NCBI RefSeq assembly: GCF_964204865.1
Contig: NC_135251.1
Coordinates: 15,252,001-15,316,000 of the forward strand
Direction: 5' to 3'
Length of the DNA: 64,000 nt
Source of the DNA: Styela clava
Lineage: Eukaryota
A model generated the notes under the pieces. The model had not been told where the DNA came from. It made no database searches and saw only the letters and a program-made list of their open reading frames with translations. Below are positions 63,316-64,000 of this stretch, one piece after another. The position numbers were made by a program, and so were the translations under genes. Positions within the stretch are counted from its first letter, which is position 1. Each line of letters opens with the position of its first letter.

Positions 63316-64000
63316 ATGGGTAAGGTCAAAAAGGAAATCCCTGAAGATACTGACGCAGACAAATCAGCTGATGCAAGCTTTCTTACTGAGAATAAAAAGA
63401 CCTACGATGAACTTCTGGTACATTTGAATCCAATATCGAAACCACTTGCTTCAAGGAAGCTCACAAGGAGATTGTACAAGTGAGTATTATGTTTCAATAC
63501 TTAAGGTCGATACCTCGTTCTCAACCTAAGACTTATCAGTCTTAGTTATTAGGTGGCAGTTGTGTATGTCACCTACAGTATATTCGTAATATAACATTGG
63601 CTAGATTCCATCCTCTTAATTATGAAGTGGAAATAAACTTGATTTCTTCTTAAAAAATCGTGTATTACGTTTAGTTATATTTTAAACGGTATTCCTGGCA
63701 TTACCAGTTGTAGGTAGAAGTGATTTTAAGATCATTTGTTGGGAGTAAGTCTCAGAAATATATGTTTTTACTTATTCAGATGTGTCAAAAAGGCATCTAA
63801 GGAAAAAAAATTGCGAAGAGGGGTCAAAGAAGTTCAAAAGTTTTTGAAGAAAGGCGAGAGGGGGTTTGTGGTGTTTGCTGGAGACACCAGGCCAATTGAA
63901 GTGATGTGTCACCTGCCAATATTTTGTGAAGAAACGGACATTCCATATTGCTATGTGCCAGCAAAAGCTGATCTCGGTTCAGCAACAGGATCGAAAAGGC
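63316..64000 (+). CDS. NHP2: H/ACA ribonucleoprotein subunit 2 (L7Ae family), 3' partial
   Basis: Exons 63316-63479 and 63780-end. NPISKPLASRKLTRRLYKCVKKA, RRGVKEVQKF, FAGDTRPIEVMCHLP, IPYCYVPAKADLGSATGSKR. Confidence 0.97.

Noticed and set aside
63480-63779. Possible intronic snoRNA in NHP2
   Set aside because: No convincing C/D boxes with terminal stem or H/ACA double hairpin seen by eye. Needs Infernal/snoReport.
1-64000. CRISPR arrays, rRNA, tRNA or prokaryotic operons
   Set aside because: None seen. The sequence is eukaryotic with spliceosomal introns.

Overview
AT-rich, intron-containing animal genomic DNA. The gene and repeat content would fit an invertebrate chordate such as an ascidian, but the species cannot be fixed from sequence. 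The ORF track is mostly exon fragments and noise, so genes were rebuilt by hand from splice sites and paralog comparison. Left half: three tandem + strand copies of a divergent signal-peptide lipocalin (1216, 17507, 25268) inside local segmental duplications. They are interrupted by a frameshifted Sola1-type DNA transposon (10212-16622) that itself holds an Academ derivative (12176-15119), nested hAT elements and MITEs. Middle: four tandem - strand rhodopsin-class GPCR genes of the melatonin-receptor-like type (NRY, NFIIYG), convergent with the lipocalins. Right: a head-to-head pair of FLACC1/ALS2CR12-like coiled-coil genes, one intronless and one spliced and truncated, with an X-box-like motif and a CRE between them, then the 5' part of NHP2. 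The most notable observation is an unannotated seventh lipocalin exon that ends in -EL-stop in all three paralogs despite different indel histories. This suggests KDEL-like ER retrieval, possibly switched by intron retention, in carriers clustered next to a receptor array whose predicted pocket no longer matches melatonin.
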